NCBI GenBank assembly: GCA_031264715.1
Contig: JAISDP010000231.1
Span: 1 to 35,870, forward strand
From: Bacteroidales bacterium
GTDB lineage: Bacteria > Bacteroidota > Bacteroidia > Bacteroidales > UBA4181
Length of the DNA: 35,870 nt
Reading direction: 5' to 3'
Positions 1 through 8,971 of the stretch are shown here, piece after piece. Within the stretch, counting starts at the first letter, position 1, and the number at the start of each line of letters is the position of its first letter. The position numbers and the translations under genes were made by a program. The notes below the pieces were generated by a model, which was not told where the DNA came from, did not search any database, and saw only the letters and a list, made by a program, of their open reading frames with translations.

Positions 1-70
1 AATTTCATTGTGTTCAATAATTATTGCAAAAAAAATAATCAATCAGTACGCTTAGTATAAATATTATTAC

Positions 71-78
71 TATCTTTG
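71..78 (+). promoter_or_regulatory. Bacteroidetes-type -7 promoter box candidate (TATCTTTG = TAnnTTTG)
   Basis: Exact match to the TAnnTTTG -7 consensus, about 40 nt upstream of the ATG at 119. No well-spaced -33 TTTG was seen. Confidence 0.4.
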
Positions 79-118
79 CGCCGATAATTTATTGTCTTAT
101 TAAATAAAAAATAAACGT

Positions 119-538
119 ATGTGGAGTAAATCTCATTCAATCGTAACCAAAGAAGTTACAAAAGAACAGATGTGGAAATTGTTTGCCGATGTAAATAATT
201 GGCATACATGGGACAAGGGTATTGAATTTGCCCGGTTTGAAGGCAAATTCGAGGAAGGCAACCTTATCACATTGCGTCCTCAAGGCGGACCGAATGTGAA
301 GATAGAGTTGCCCGTGGTCATTGAAAATGAAAGGTTTCTTAGTGTTACCAAATTCCCGCTCGCTAAGATGTACGACGACCACCTGTTTGAAGAAACCGGC
401 GGCGGATTAAAAATCACGATCACCATCTCGGTCAAAGGATTGCTAAGCTTCCTGTGGGTAAAACTCGTCGCCCGAAAAAATGCGGAAGCCTTGCCCGCCG
501 ATATGCAGGAACAGATTAAAGCGGCACGCAACTATTGA
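119..538 (+). CDS. SRPBCC (START/Bet v1-like, polyketide cyclase/dehydrase-type) family protein
   Basis: 139-aa ORF with ATG start. The N-terminal pattern ...VTKEQMWKLFADVNNWHTWDKGIE... is typical of small SRPBCC ligand-binding proteins. Its stop overlaps the next gene's start (TGATG). Confidence 0.6.
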   Translation: MWSKSHSIVTKEVTKEQMWKLFADVNNWHTWDKGIEFARFEGKFEEGNLITLRPQGGPNVKIELPVVIENERFLSVTKFPLAKMYDDHLFEETGGGLKITITISVKGLLSFLWVKLVARKNAEALPADMQEQIKAARNY

Positions 539-999
539 TGGAAAACAGGGATAATACGTTCAGCGTAGCGAAAGCCGAAGACAGCTCCGGCTTTCTGCTG
601 TGGCAGGTTACCTCGCTCTGGCAGCGAAGAATCAGGGATGCACTGGTGCAGTACGACCTGACTCATTCGCAATATGTGCTGATGGCAAGCCTGCACTGGC
701 TGACGCTGCATAACAGGGAAGTTACGCAGATTGTCCTGTCCCGGCACTCAAAAATAGACCCGATGACGACATCCTCGGTGCTGAAAACCCTGTTGAAAAA
801 GGGCTGGATTCGCAGGCAGGAACACGCTACCGACACAAGGGCAAAAACGATTGACATCACGGACGAAGGAAAGGAAACTGTCAAAAAGGCTGTTGTAACG
901 GTGGAGACTATCGACAGGGAGTTTTTTGCCTTGCTGAATGATAGGCTCACCGTGTTTAACGAATGTTTGTCCGCTTTAATAGAAGAGAATCGGGAATAG
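538..999 (+). CDS. MarR-family winged-helix transcriptional regulator
   Basis: MarR-like pattern: LLWQVTSLWQRRIRDAL...LTHSQYVLMASL...DPMTTSSVLKTLLKKGWIRRQEHATDTRAKTIDITDEG. The ORF track starts at TTG 535. ATG at 538 is preferred and shares one nt with the upstream TGA. Confidence 0.85.
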   Translation: MENRDNTFSVAKAEDSSGFLLWQVTSLWQRRIRDALVQYDLTHSQYVLMASLHWLTLHNREVTQIVLSRHSKIDPMTTSSVLKTLLKKGWIRRQEHATDTRAKTIDITDEGKETVKKAVVTVETIDREFFALLNDRLTVFNECLSALIEENRE

Positions 1000-2846
1000 A
1001 AGTTAAAAGACAGACATTGGGCGCGCTTCCCGTTATTCAGGGATGTAAAGAATCTGTGCCCGACAAGCTTCCGAACATTCTTTGGATCACTACCGAGGAC
1101 AACAGTCCGTTTTTGGGGTGTTACGGCGATTCGTTCGCCACATCGCCCAACCTGGACAAGCTGGCGTCCCAGGGATTTTTGTATACGCATGCTTATGCCA
1201 ACGCTCCCGTGAGTGCGCCGACCCGCAATACCATCCTTACAGGAATTTATGCCTGTTCGGGCGGTCATCACCACATGCGCAGCCGATACGACAAGTCGGA
1301 CGTGATTCGCTGCTATCCCGAACTTCTGCGGCAAGCGGGATATTATTGCACCAACAACTCCAAGGAAGATTACAATATTAATCCCGAACAAACCAAAGAT
1401 ATTTGGGACGAATCGAGCAAAACGGCGCATTACAGTAATCGCAAACCGGGACAGCCTTTTTTTGCCGTATTCAACAGTACCATATCCCACGAAAGTTCTA
1501 TCCATAAATCGATTCCCACGGAGCAACTCCGCCACGATCCTCAAAAAGTAAAGCTTCCGCCGTACCATCCCGACACGCCCGAAATGCGGCACGACTGGGC
1601 ACAATATTACGATAAGATCGAAGATATGGACGCCTGGGTGGGAACTATTTTGAAAGAACTGGAAGAAAGCGGCGAGGCCGAAAACACGATCGTGATCTAT
1701 TACGGCGACCACGGCGGAGTATTGCCCCGCAGCAAGAGATTTACCTGCGAATCGGGAACGCGCGTGCCCTTCCTCGTCCGTATTCCTGAAAAATACAAGT
1801 ACCTGTATCCCGCCGAACAGCCCGGAACGAAAGTCGATCGACTGGTCAGTTTTGTCGATCTTGCTCCCACACTGTTGAGTATCGTCGGCTCACAAATTCC
1901 CGAATGGATGCAGGGAAATGCTTTCCTGGGAAAGCAAAAATCCGCCGATCCCGGATATGTATTCATGTTCCGCGGACGAATGGACGAGCGTTACGACATG
2001 ACCCGCTCGCTGCGCGATAAGCAGTATCGTTATATCCGCAATTACATGCCGCATCGCATATACGGGCAACACAACAACTATCAGTGGCAGGCGCCTTCGA
2101 TGCAGTCGTGGGAGCGCGCTTTCCTTGCGGGACAATGCAACGAGGTGCAGTCGATCTTTTGGAATCCCAAACCTGCCGAAGAATTGTACGATACGGAAAA
2201 TGATCCGTGGGAAGTACGCAATTTGGCCGGTAATCCGGCATATCGCGAAACGCTTGAACGGATGCGCGCAGCCCTTGATGCTCAGGTAAACGAGATTCTC
2301 GACACCGGCTTCATTCCCGAAGGCGAGTTTCACATTCGTTCCAAAGACATGCCGCTCTACGATTACATGCGTTCGGTAAAATTACCGTTTACGGAAATCG
2401 TGGAAACCGCAAACCTCGCATCGGACGGCGACAGGAAAAATCTTGGCCGGTTGACCGAACTGTTGGAAAGCGACGAAAGTATCATCCGCTATTGGGCGGC
2501 AACCGGATTGCTGATTTTGAAAGGCGATGCGAAAAGCGCAATACCGCAACTGGAAAAGGCGCTCGACGACCCGTCGCCCGATGTAGCCGTTGTGGCAGCC
2601 GAAGCGCTTTACAACCTGGGCGAAAAGGAAATAGGGATTGACGCCATTCTGAAAACCCTGGAGTGCCCCGACATCTTCGTCAGGAATCATGCACTGAACG
2701 CGCTCGAAAATACCGGCGAAAAAAGCCCGAAAGTGCAACAGGCCGTGATCTCTTTGGACGAGGGTTCGAAAGGCGACAAAAATCCGATGCGCTACGATTT
2801 GCGGATGACTTCCTGGCTAAAAGAAAAGTGGGGAATTAAACAATAA
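963..2846 (+). CDS. Ser-type sulfatase (formylglycine-dependent S1 family) with C-terminal HEAT-repeat domain
   Basis: N-terminal LPNILWITTEDNSPFLGCYGD and sulfatase signature P-V-S-A-P-T-R-N-T-I-L-T-G, with Ser rather than Cys at the FGly position. The C-terminal ~150 aa have HEAT/PBS-lyase-like repeats (IRYWAATGLL..., DVAVVAAEALYNLG..., FVRNHALNALENTG). The start overlaps the MarR 3' end by 37 nt. No convincing signal peptide. Confidence 0.85.
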   Translation: MFVRFNRRESGIEVKRQTLGALPVIQGCKESVPDKLPNILWITTEDNSPFLGCYGDSFATSPNLDKLASQGFLYTHAYANAPVSAPTRNTILTGIYACSGGHHHMRSRYDKSDVIRCYPELLRQAGYYCTNNSKEDYNINPEQTKDIWDESSKTAHYSNRKPGQPFFAVFNSTISHESSIHKSIPTEQLRHDPQKVKLPPYHPDTPEMRHDWAQYYDKIEDMDAWVGTILKELEESGEAENTIVIYYGDHGGVLPRSKRFTCESGTRVPFLVRIPEKYKYLYPAEQPGTKVDRLVSFVDLAPTLLSIVGSQIPEWMQGNAFLGKQKSADPGYVFMFRGRMDERYDMTRSLRDKQYRYIRNYMPHRIYGQHNNYQWQAPSMQSWERAFLAGQCNEVQSIFWNPKPAEELYDTENDPWEVRNLAGNPAYRETLERMRAALDAQVNEILDTGFIPEGEFHIRSKDMPLYDYMRSVKLPFTEIVETANLASDGDRKNLGRLTELLESDESIIRYWAATGLLILKGDAKSAIPQLEKALDDPSPDVAVVAAEALYNLGEKEIGIDAILKTLECPDIFVRNHALNALENTGEKSPKVQQAVISLDEGSKGDKNPMRYDLRMTSWLKEKWGIKQ

Positions 2847-3034
2847 ATTACAAGATGAAAGATCAGGTTCTACGACCTTTTCTAAGCATGGAAAGAGTTT
2901 AAAATAGCGGCTTTAAACTAATTGACATATTACCGAAACGAAATAATAAGACTCGTTATGTTATGTCAACGATGCCAAATTTTTGGTATCAGTTTTGTTG
3001 GAAGAATGATATCGAATTTTAAAAAAATACATGC

Positions 3035-3754
3035 ATGAAAAGTATTATTTTAACCATTGTTTTTGTTTTTGTTTGTTGCAGTTGTCAAACGCAGGGAATA
3101 AAAAGCCTTTGGGACAGTGTAAACAGCGCTGCATCAAGCGGCTCATTGACCGGTAGCGAGGTTATTGCCGGGCTGAAAGAAGCGCTGACTATTGGCGCGA
3201 AGGAATCGGCGACGGCAGCATCGGCGGTTGACGGTTTCTACAGGAATCGGAAAATCTCCATACCGTGGCCTGCCGAAGCGCAGAGGATGAAAGACGTGCT
3301 GGTAAAAACCGGTTTCAGCAAACAGGTAACGGCATTTGAGGAATCGATGAACCGGGCAGCCGAAGAAGCTGCCAAGGGAGCATATGACATATTTGCCGGC
3401 GCCGTGAAAGAGATGACCATCCGGGACGGTTTTGCCATCCTGAACGGAACCGATACGGCCGCAACGCATTACCTGCGCGAGAAGACAACGATACCATTGA
3501 AAAGGAAGTTTTCGCCCGTCGTGAAGGATGCCATCGGAAAAGTGAATGTTACCTCGTACTGGAGCCCATTGGTAACCGCTTACAACAAAATCCCAGGCGT
3601 TGCCAGACAAAACCCGAACCTGGAGGACTATATCACCGGCAGGGCGATTGACGGATTGATGACGCTGATTGCCGAACAGGAAGTCAAAATCAGGAAAGAC
3701 CCCGCGGCACAAGTCACTTCACTGCTGAAAAAGGTTTTTGGCAGTAAAACCTGA
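3035..3754 (+). CDS. DUF4197-family protein, probable lipoprotein
   Basis: Signal/lipobox-like N-terminus MKSIILTIVFVFVCCSCQ. The body (LTGSEVIAGLKEALTIGAKESA..., ...YITGRAIDGLMTLIAEQEVKIRKDP) matches my recollection of the DUF4197 family. No function can be assigned. Confidence 0.65.
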   Translation: MKSIILTIVFVFVCCSCQTQGIKSLWDSVNSAASSGSLTGSEVIAGLKEALTIGAKESATAASAVDGFYRNRKISIPWPAEAQRMKDVLVKTGFSKQVTAFEESMNRAAEEAAKGAYDIFAGAVKEMTIRDGFAILNGTDTAATHYLREKTTIPLKRKFSPVVKDAIGKVNVTSYWSPLVTAYNKIPGVARQNPNLEDYITGRAIDGLMTLIAEQEVKIRKDPAAQVTSLLKKVFGSKT

Positions 3755-3867
3755 CAATCATCCTGTAATAAACGCTCGTTTTGACCTTATCAATTAGTTT
3801 GTTTCTCGGGAGAAACTAACCTGTTTCATACTTGAAACTAACCGGCTTTCGCGTGTGTTTTATTATT

Positions 3868-3947
3868 GTGACCTACGTCACAGCTATGTGTGACCTACGT
3901 CACGATATGTTGTGATGTAGGTCACATTGTGTTATGATGTAGGTCAC
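3868..3947. repeat. Four copies of a 14-bp motif (GTGACCTACGTCAC): two direct, then two inverted, forming a long imperfect hairpin between convergent genes
   Basis: Copies at 3868-3881 and 3890-3903 are forward and identical. Copies at 3912-3925 (GTGATGTAGGTCAC) and 3934-3947 (ATGATGTAGGTCAC) are reverse. The arm mismatches would be G-U pairs in RNA. The element lies between the 3' ends of the 3035..3754 (+) and 4120..5733 (-) genes. Confidence 0.85.
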
Positions 3948-4055
3948 AAATATAATACTCGATTTGAAATAATTACTTTGCAGTGTACTTTTATCTAAAT
4001 GATACGGTCGGAAGATATTGTTGCACTCGTGAAACTGCTGACAGGGTTGGAACCT

Positions 4056-4089
4056 TTTCCCGTTAAGGGAAAGCATATCAATAGAAAAA
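4056..4089 (+). repeat. Diverged member of the 'mini-hairpin + CATATYRRTAG' repeat family
   Basis: TTTCCC-GTTAA-GGGAAA hairpin followed by GCATATCAATAGAAAAA. The segment is near-identical to 28584-28617 (TTTTCTCGTCAGGGAAAGCAGATCAATAGAAAAA). Confidence 0.7.
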
Positions 4090-4119
4090 TGTAGCCGTCT
4101 CCCAGGCCAAAACCCCGCG

Positions 4120-5733
4120 TTATTTTGCAAGGAGATGTCTCGCAAAGTTTACATTCAGCATTTCGAGCCGTTTGCTGTGTTCGCGCAAGCGATTCAGGAA
4201 CAGGTTGTATGATTTCCGGTCAGCCGGGCTCCAGGTGACTTCACTGAGGGCACATGCGCGTGGATATGCCATATATTCAACCTGCCGTTCATCGGCGATG
4301 TATTCCGTCCACAGGTTTCCCTGCGCTCCCATGATAAATTGCTTTTGATCGCCGGTTAATTCCTTGGGGATGGGATCATACATGTACACCATACTCAAAG
4401 GCAGGTAGCTGCCTGCAGCCAAAGGTTCCTCGTTACGGTTGCGCCATTGATAGTAATCGAAATAGCAATAACGGTGCGGCGTCATAATCACACGGTTGCC
4501 TTTCCGGGCTGCTGCAACGCCTCCCTGTTCTCCCCGCCACGACATGATGACAGCGCCGGGAATATTGCCGCCGTCAAGCAGTTCGTCCCAGCCGATTACT
4601 TGGCGTCCGTACGATTGCACATATCGGGCTATTCGGCGCATGAACCAGGTTTGTAACTGCTCGTCTGTCTGCAAGTCGTTTTGTATTTTCATATTATGAC
4701 AAAATTCCGACTTTTGCCATTGTTCTTTCGGGCACTCATCGCCGCCAATGTGGATATATTTGTCCGGGAAAATATTCATTACTTCGAACAGGATATGCTC
4801 AAGAAACAGGAAAGTATCCTCCTTCGGGCACAGTAGATTCGGGAAAATACCCCAATCCCGGGCTACTTCGAAATAGCTGCCCGAACAGGCCAATTCGGGA
4901 TGGGCGGCCAGTAAAGCGGTAGCATGTCCAGGCATTTCAATCTCGGGAACGATGGCGACATGCCGGTCGGCTGCATACCGCACCAGCTCCTTCAGTTCCG
5001 CCTGCGTGTAATATCCTCCGTAACGGGCTCCATCATAACGGTGGGGCTCATCGTTCAAATGCCCGATTAACGTTTCCTTACGCCATGCGCTGATGCTTTG
5101 CAGTTCAGGATAACCGGGTATTTCGATACGCCAGCCCTGGTCGTCGGTAAGGTGCAGGTGCAGGTAATTGAACTTGTGCATGGCCATCAGGTCGATATAA
5201 CGTTTGATGTCATTAACAGGGAAGAAATGGCGCACGACATCGAGCATCAGGCCCCGGTATGGAAATCGGGGAGCGTCGTTGATTTCCGCTGCCGGAATTT
5301 TCCATGAATCATGAGCAACCATGGTCCGGCTCTCGATCATCGGGGGAAGCATTTGCCGCAATGTCTGGAATGCATAGAAAATACCTGCCGGCGTTTGCGC
5401 CCGGATGGTAACATCCCTGGGGGTGACTTTCAGTTGGTAACCTTCGGGATTAGTGATCAGCGAGTCGAGTTCAACAACAATGGGAAAAGCAGACGACGGT
5501 GCATAACCGATGTCCAAGCCTGTGCTGGGATTGACCAGCGCGAGGAAAAGGTCGCATGCTTTCCGGACTCCGGCCGATTCGGTTTTCACCACGATTTTAG
5601 TCGCGGATGTGAGTGTAAACGATCCCACGCCCGGTTTTATTTCAGCCGGAAGAGGTATCACCGGCAATGATTGCGCCGACGCTCCCAACAGGCCAACATA
5701 TAATGCTATGATAGATGTGAGAATATACCGCAT
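4120..5733 (-). CDS. Secreted beta-N-acetylhexosaminidase (GH20)
   Basis: 537 aa with Sec signal MRYILTSIIALYVGLLGASAQS. GH20 hallmarks are present: RFPYRGLMLDVVRHFF, LHLHLTDDQGWRIE and the catalytic HIGGDE motif. Confidence 0.92.
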   Translation of the reverse strand: MRYILTSIIALYVGLLGASAQSLPVIPLPAEIKPGVGSFTLTSATKIVVKTESAGVRKACDLFLALVNPSTGLDIGYAPSSAFPIVVELDSLITNPEGYQLKVTPRDVTIRAQTPAGIFYAFQTLRQMLPPMIESRTMVAHDSWKIPAAEINDAPRFPYRGLMLDVVRHFFPVNDIKRYIDLMAMHKFNYLHLHLTDDQGWRIEIPGYPELQSISAWRKETLIGHLNDEPHRYDGARYGGYYTQAELKELVRYAADRHVAIVPEIEMPGHATALLAAHPELACSGSYFEVARDWGIFPNLLCPKEDTFLFLEHILFEVMNIFPDKYIHIGGDECPKEQWQKSEFCHNMKIQNDLQTDEQLQTWFMRRIARYVQSYGRQVIGWDELLDGGNIPGAVIMSWRGEQGGVAAARKGNRVIMTPHRYCYFDYYQWRNRNEEPLAAGSYLPLSMVYMYDPIPKELTGDQKQFIMGAQGNLWTEYIADERQVEYMAYPRACALSEVTWSPADRKSYNLFLNRLREHSKRLEMLNVNFARHLLAK

Positions 5734-5856
5734 GGACTATAACTAAAACGTAAAAAGAGATAACAAAATATATTTCAAAAAGTTTGCCAATCCGGACTTA
5801 TTTTAATCCGTCTAAAACCACACATTTCAGTTTTTATCGGTGCAATTCAAGATAAA

Positions 5857-7305
5857 TTATTGGTCGCCAAGCGACCATCCTTGCCGGTATGTATGCCGGA
5901 TGTATTCTTCGGCTGCCTGCTTGGCGTTCAATGTTACCTGGCGCGGCTCCTGCTTGGGTATGCCGTTGGCTACCCTGATGACTTCCGAATCCGCCAGGTT
6001 GGTGATCCGCATATTGGGGCTATCCCACGCAAGCTTTTTATTCAGGCTTTTCAACCTCACTGCCAGGTTACCCATCACAACCATTTCATTGAGCGGGCCG
6101 GAATATTCAAAATTCGACAACGGTAGCACGCGATTATCAGGCGATTCCTTACAAGCGCGCACCCAGTCCATTTCGTGGCTCATCTCCACGCGGCGTAGGC
6201 GTGCGGCAGGCTTGGCCATATCAGCAAACTTACTTTCAGGCAATAACTGGTAATTTTCACCATAGTTTCCACAAACCAGTACCCCTTTTGAACCGTGGAA
6301 GATCACGCCGTTGGCGCCTGTGCCAAGTTCTTTACCATCGGGTAACCCTTCGGGGCGGCGCGGCAACAAACCGCCATCATACCAATATACCGTAACGGCA
6401 GGCATGTTGATTTTCCCTTCCTTGGCCCTTGCCGGGAAGTCGTATTGAATGGTGGAGGCTACAGGGGCGCTTTCGGTATTGATGGCTGTCGAAGATGCTT
6501 CTACGGACACCGGACGCTCCAGTTTCATGGCTGCAAACGCAACATCGAGCACGTGGCAGGCCATATCGCCAAGGGCGCCTGTACCGAAGTCCCACCATCC
6601 GCGCCAGTCCCACGGGTGATATGCACGGTGGTACGGACGCATGGGCGCCGGCCCGATAAACAAATCCCAGTCAATGTGATCGGGCGTCTGCATATCCTGT
6701 TCGGGACGGGTCAATCCCTGCGGCCAAATCGGTCGGTTGGTCCAGGCGTCCACACGGGTAACCTCGCCGATGGCGCCGCTCCATATCCATTCACAAACTT
6801 CGCTCACTGTGTCTCTACTGTGGCCTTCGTTGCCCATCTGCGTTACCACCTTGTAACGGCGCGAGGCTTCGAGCAGCGCCCGTGATTCATATACGGAATG
6901 TGTCAGGGGTTTCTGCACATACACATGCTTGCCCAATTGCATGGCAGCCATGGCACATACGGCGTGGGTGTGGTCGGGCGTAGCAATCATCACCGCATCG
7001 ATGCTTTTGGCCATTTCGTCGAACATCTTGCGATAATCCACGTACTGCCTGGCTTCTGGAAAACTGTCGAAACAGCGCCTGGCGTATTGCCGGTCGATAT
7101 CGCACAATGCAACTATGTTTTCCGACTTCATGTTGTTGAGGTTTACATTGCCCTTGCCTCCCACGCCGATACCGGCAATATGGAGCTTGTCGCTTGGGGC
7201 GATGTGCCCAAGGCCGCTCACGGCATAACTCGGGACGATGGTGAACATTCCGGCAGTTGTAGCCGTCAGGCCGATAAAACGGCGCCGCGAAATATGTTTA
7301 TTCAT
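5857..7305 (-). CDS. Tat-exported Gfo/Idh/MocA-family NAD(P)-dependent oxidoreductase
   Basis: Twin-arginine motif SRRRFIGLTATTAGMF. Rossmann segment LHIAGIGVGGKGNVNL...IVALCDID...DAVMIATPDHTHA...GKHVYVQKPL. Confidence 0.85.
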   Translation of the reverse strand: MNKHISRRRFIGLTATTAGMFTIVPSYAVSGLGHIAPSDKLHIAGIGVGGKGNVNLNNMKSENIVALCDIDRQYARRCFDSFPEARQYVDYRKMFDEMAKSIDAVMIATPDHTHAVCAMAAMQLGKHVYVQKPLTHSVYESRALLEASRRYKVVTQMGNEGHSRDTVSEVCEWIWSGAIGEVTRVDAWTNRPIWPQGLTRPEQDMQTPDHIDWDLFIGPAPMRPYHRAYHPWDWRGWWDFGTGALGDMACHVLDVAFAAMKLERPVSVEASSTAINTESAPVASTIQYDFPARAKEGKINMPAVTVYWYDGGLLPRRPEGLPDGKELGTGANGVIFHGSKGVLVCGNYGENYQLLPESKFADMAKPAARLRRVEMSHEMDWVRACKESPDNRVLPLSNFEYSGPLNEMVVMGNLAVRLKSLNKKLAWDSPNMRITNLADSEVIRVANGIPKQEPRQVTLNAKQAAEEYIRHTYRQGWSLGDQ

Positions 7306-7512
7306 ATTGTAGATTTTTTGAGGTTTTTAGGATTATGAATATATATTTCTCATCAATAATCTGCCGGTAAAGTTAATAATTTTTCAATGAGATTCGAATT
7401 TTTGAATTTTTTGAATGATGATTGCATCACACATACTCCTCATTTATTCATTGGATTATTGCATCAGTTCGTGTTTAGTGGGGTATATACATAAAACCGA
7501 TACTTATATTTT

Positions 7513-7544
7513 TTTGCTTTTATTAATATAATATTTTAATTTTG
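7513..7544 (+). promoter_or_regulatory. Candidate Bacteroidetes promoter (TTTG-N20-TAATTTTG)
   Basis: -33-like TTTG at 7513-7516 and -7-like TAATTTTG at 7537-7544, separated by 20 nt. This fits the TTTG-N19-21-TAnnTTTG architecture, about 60 nt upstream of the ATG at 7605. Confidence 0.5.
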
Positions 7545-7604
7545 TACACCAAAAAAACAACCAAAAAGCACCAAAAAATAACCATCAAAAATTAAATTAA
7601 TCGC

Positions 7605-8963
7605 ATGAAAGAACAATTTAAATCAAGTCGACGGTCTTTCTTCAAGACATCAGCTTTGGGAGCAATAGGGACAATGAGCGTTCCGGCGTTATTGGGAAGC
7701 TGTTCCGGTTCTGCTTCAAAAGAAGAGAAATTAAAAGATGTAGTAGTACCCGAAATCCTGCAAGCAGCCCCTGACGGGAAACCGCTTAAAGCTGGCCTCG
7801 TGGGATGCGGCGGACGCGGAACAGGCGCTGCCGAGGATTTTATCAATGCAGGCAATGGATTGCAGGTAACTGCGATAGGCGATATTTTCAAGGACAAACT
7901 GGACTCGTGCCGCGAAACCCTGAAAGCCAAAGGCCAGAATATTCCCGATGAAAATTGTTTTTTGGGATTCGACGCTTACCAGAAAGTGATCGACTCCGAT
8001 GTAGATGTGGTGTTATTGTGTACACCGCCTGTGTTCCGCCCCATGCATTTCGAATATGCCATCAAGAAAGGGAAACATTGCTTCATCGAAAAACCTTGTG
8101 CAGTGGATCCTGTTGGCGCCAGGCAAATGTTGGTATTGGGCAAGCAGGCTTTCCAGCAGGGACTTTCGGTGATCAGTGGTACTATCCGCCGTTCGCAAAA
8201 GGATTGTATCGAGACTTATCGGCGCGTAGCCGGTGGCGCCATCGGTGAAATTATATCGGCTCATGTATCGCGTCTGGGTGGCGCTTTGTGGTTCAGGCAA
8301 CGCGAAAAAGGCTGGGACGATATGGAGTACATGATGCGCAACTGGGTGAATTTCTGCTGGACGTCCGGCGACCTGGTGGTGGAACAGTTCATTCATGAAA
8401 TCGACATGATGTCGTGGTTCATGGGCGATAAGAAACCCTTGAGGGCCGAAGCTACCGGTGGACGTCAATGCCGCGTGACCGGTGATATGTATGACTTTTT
8501 CAGTATCGAGTATGTGTATGACAACGGTCATCGTGCGCTTTGTACTTCGCGCCAGATCGGTGGATGCGACAGCAACCACTTAGTGATGATATATGGTACA
8601 AAAGGATATACCAACTGTTTTGATACGATTTTCAACCACGATGGTACGGTTGCCTGGAAGTATCCGCATCCGGGGCCGGAAGATGCCGACCGGTCGATGG
8701 AGGTTCCCAACCCGTACGTACAGGAGCATATCCGTTTGGTAACAGCCATCCGTACCAACAAAACCATGAGTGATGTGGAACAGCACGTACAGTCCACATT
8801 GATGGCTATTATGGGACGCGAATCAGCGTACACGGGCAAATTCGTTACCTGGGACCAGGTGATGGCTTCGACTCAGAAGCTGGGTCCCGAAACGTATCAA
8901 TTCGGCCCCGTTCCCGGCATTAAAGAAGAGGTTCCAGTGGCCGGCGTTGCGCCTAAAGTTTAA
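7605..8963 (+). CDS. Tat-exported Gfo/Idh/MocA-family oxidoreductase, probable lipoprotein
   Basis: SRRSFFKTSALGAIG Tat motif followed by lipobox-like LLGSC. Rossmann segment LKAGLVGCGGRGTGAA...VVLLCTPPVFRPMHF...GKHCFIEKP. Confidence 0.85.
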   Translation: MKEQFKSSRRSFFKTSALGAIGTMSVPALLGSCSGSASKEEKLKDVVVPEILQAAPDGKPLKAGLVGCGGRGTGAAEDFINAGNGLQVTAIGDIFKDKLDSCRETLKAKGQNIPDENCFLGFDAYQKVIDSDVDVVLLCTPPVFRPMHFEYAIKKGKHCFIEKPCAVDPVGARQMLVLGKQAFQQGLSVISGTIRRSQKDCIETYRRVAGGAIGEIISAHVSRLGGALWFRQREKGWDDMEYMMRNWVNFCWTSGDLVVEQFIHEIDMMSWFMGDKKPLRAEATGGRQCRVTGDMYDFFSIEYVYDNGHRALCTSRQIGGCDSNHLVMIYGTKGYTNCFDTIFNHDGTVAWKYPHPGPEDADRSMEVPNPYVQEHIRLVTAIRTNKTMSDVEQHVQSTLMAIMGRESAYTGKFVTWDQVMASTQKLGPETYQFGPVPGIKEEVPVAGVAPKV

Positions 8964-8971
8964 AACATGCC

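Noticed and set aside
663-1712. 349-aa minus-strand ORF
   Set aside because: It is antisense to the well-supported MarR and sulfatase genes. Its composition is Arg/Gly/Val-rich with no recognisable motif, as is typical of a shadow ORF.
5857-7305. GH109 (NAD-dependent alpha-N-acetylgalactosaminidase) assignment for the Tat-exported oxidoreductase next to GH20
   Set aside because: The domain class and Tat signal fit. However, the sequence does not resemble the GH109 prototype as I recall it, so I kept the generic Gfo/Idh/MocA call.
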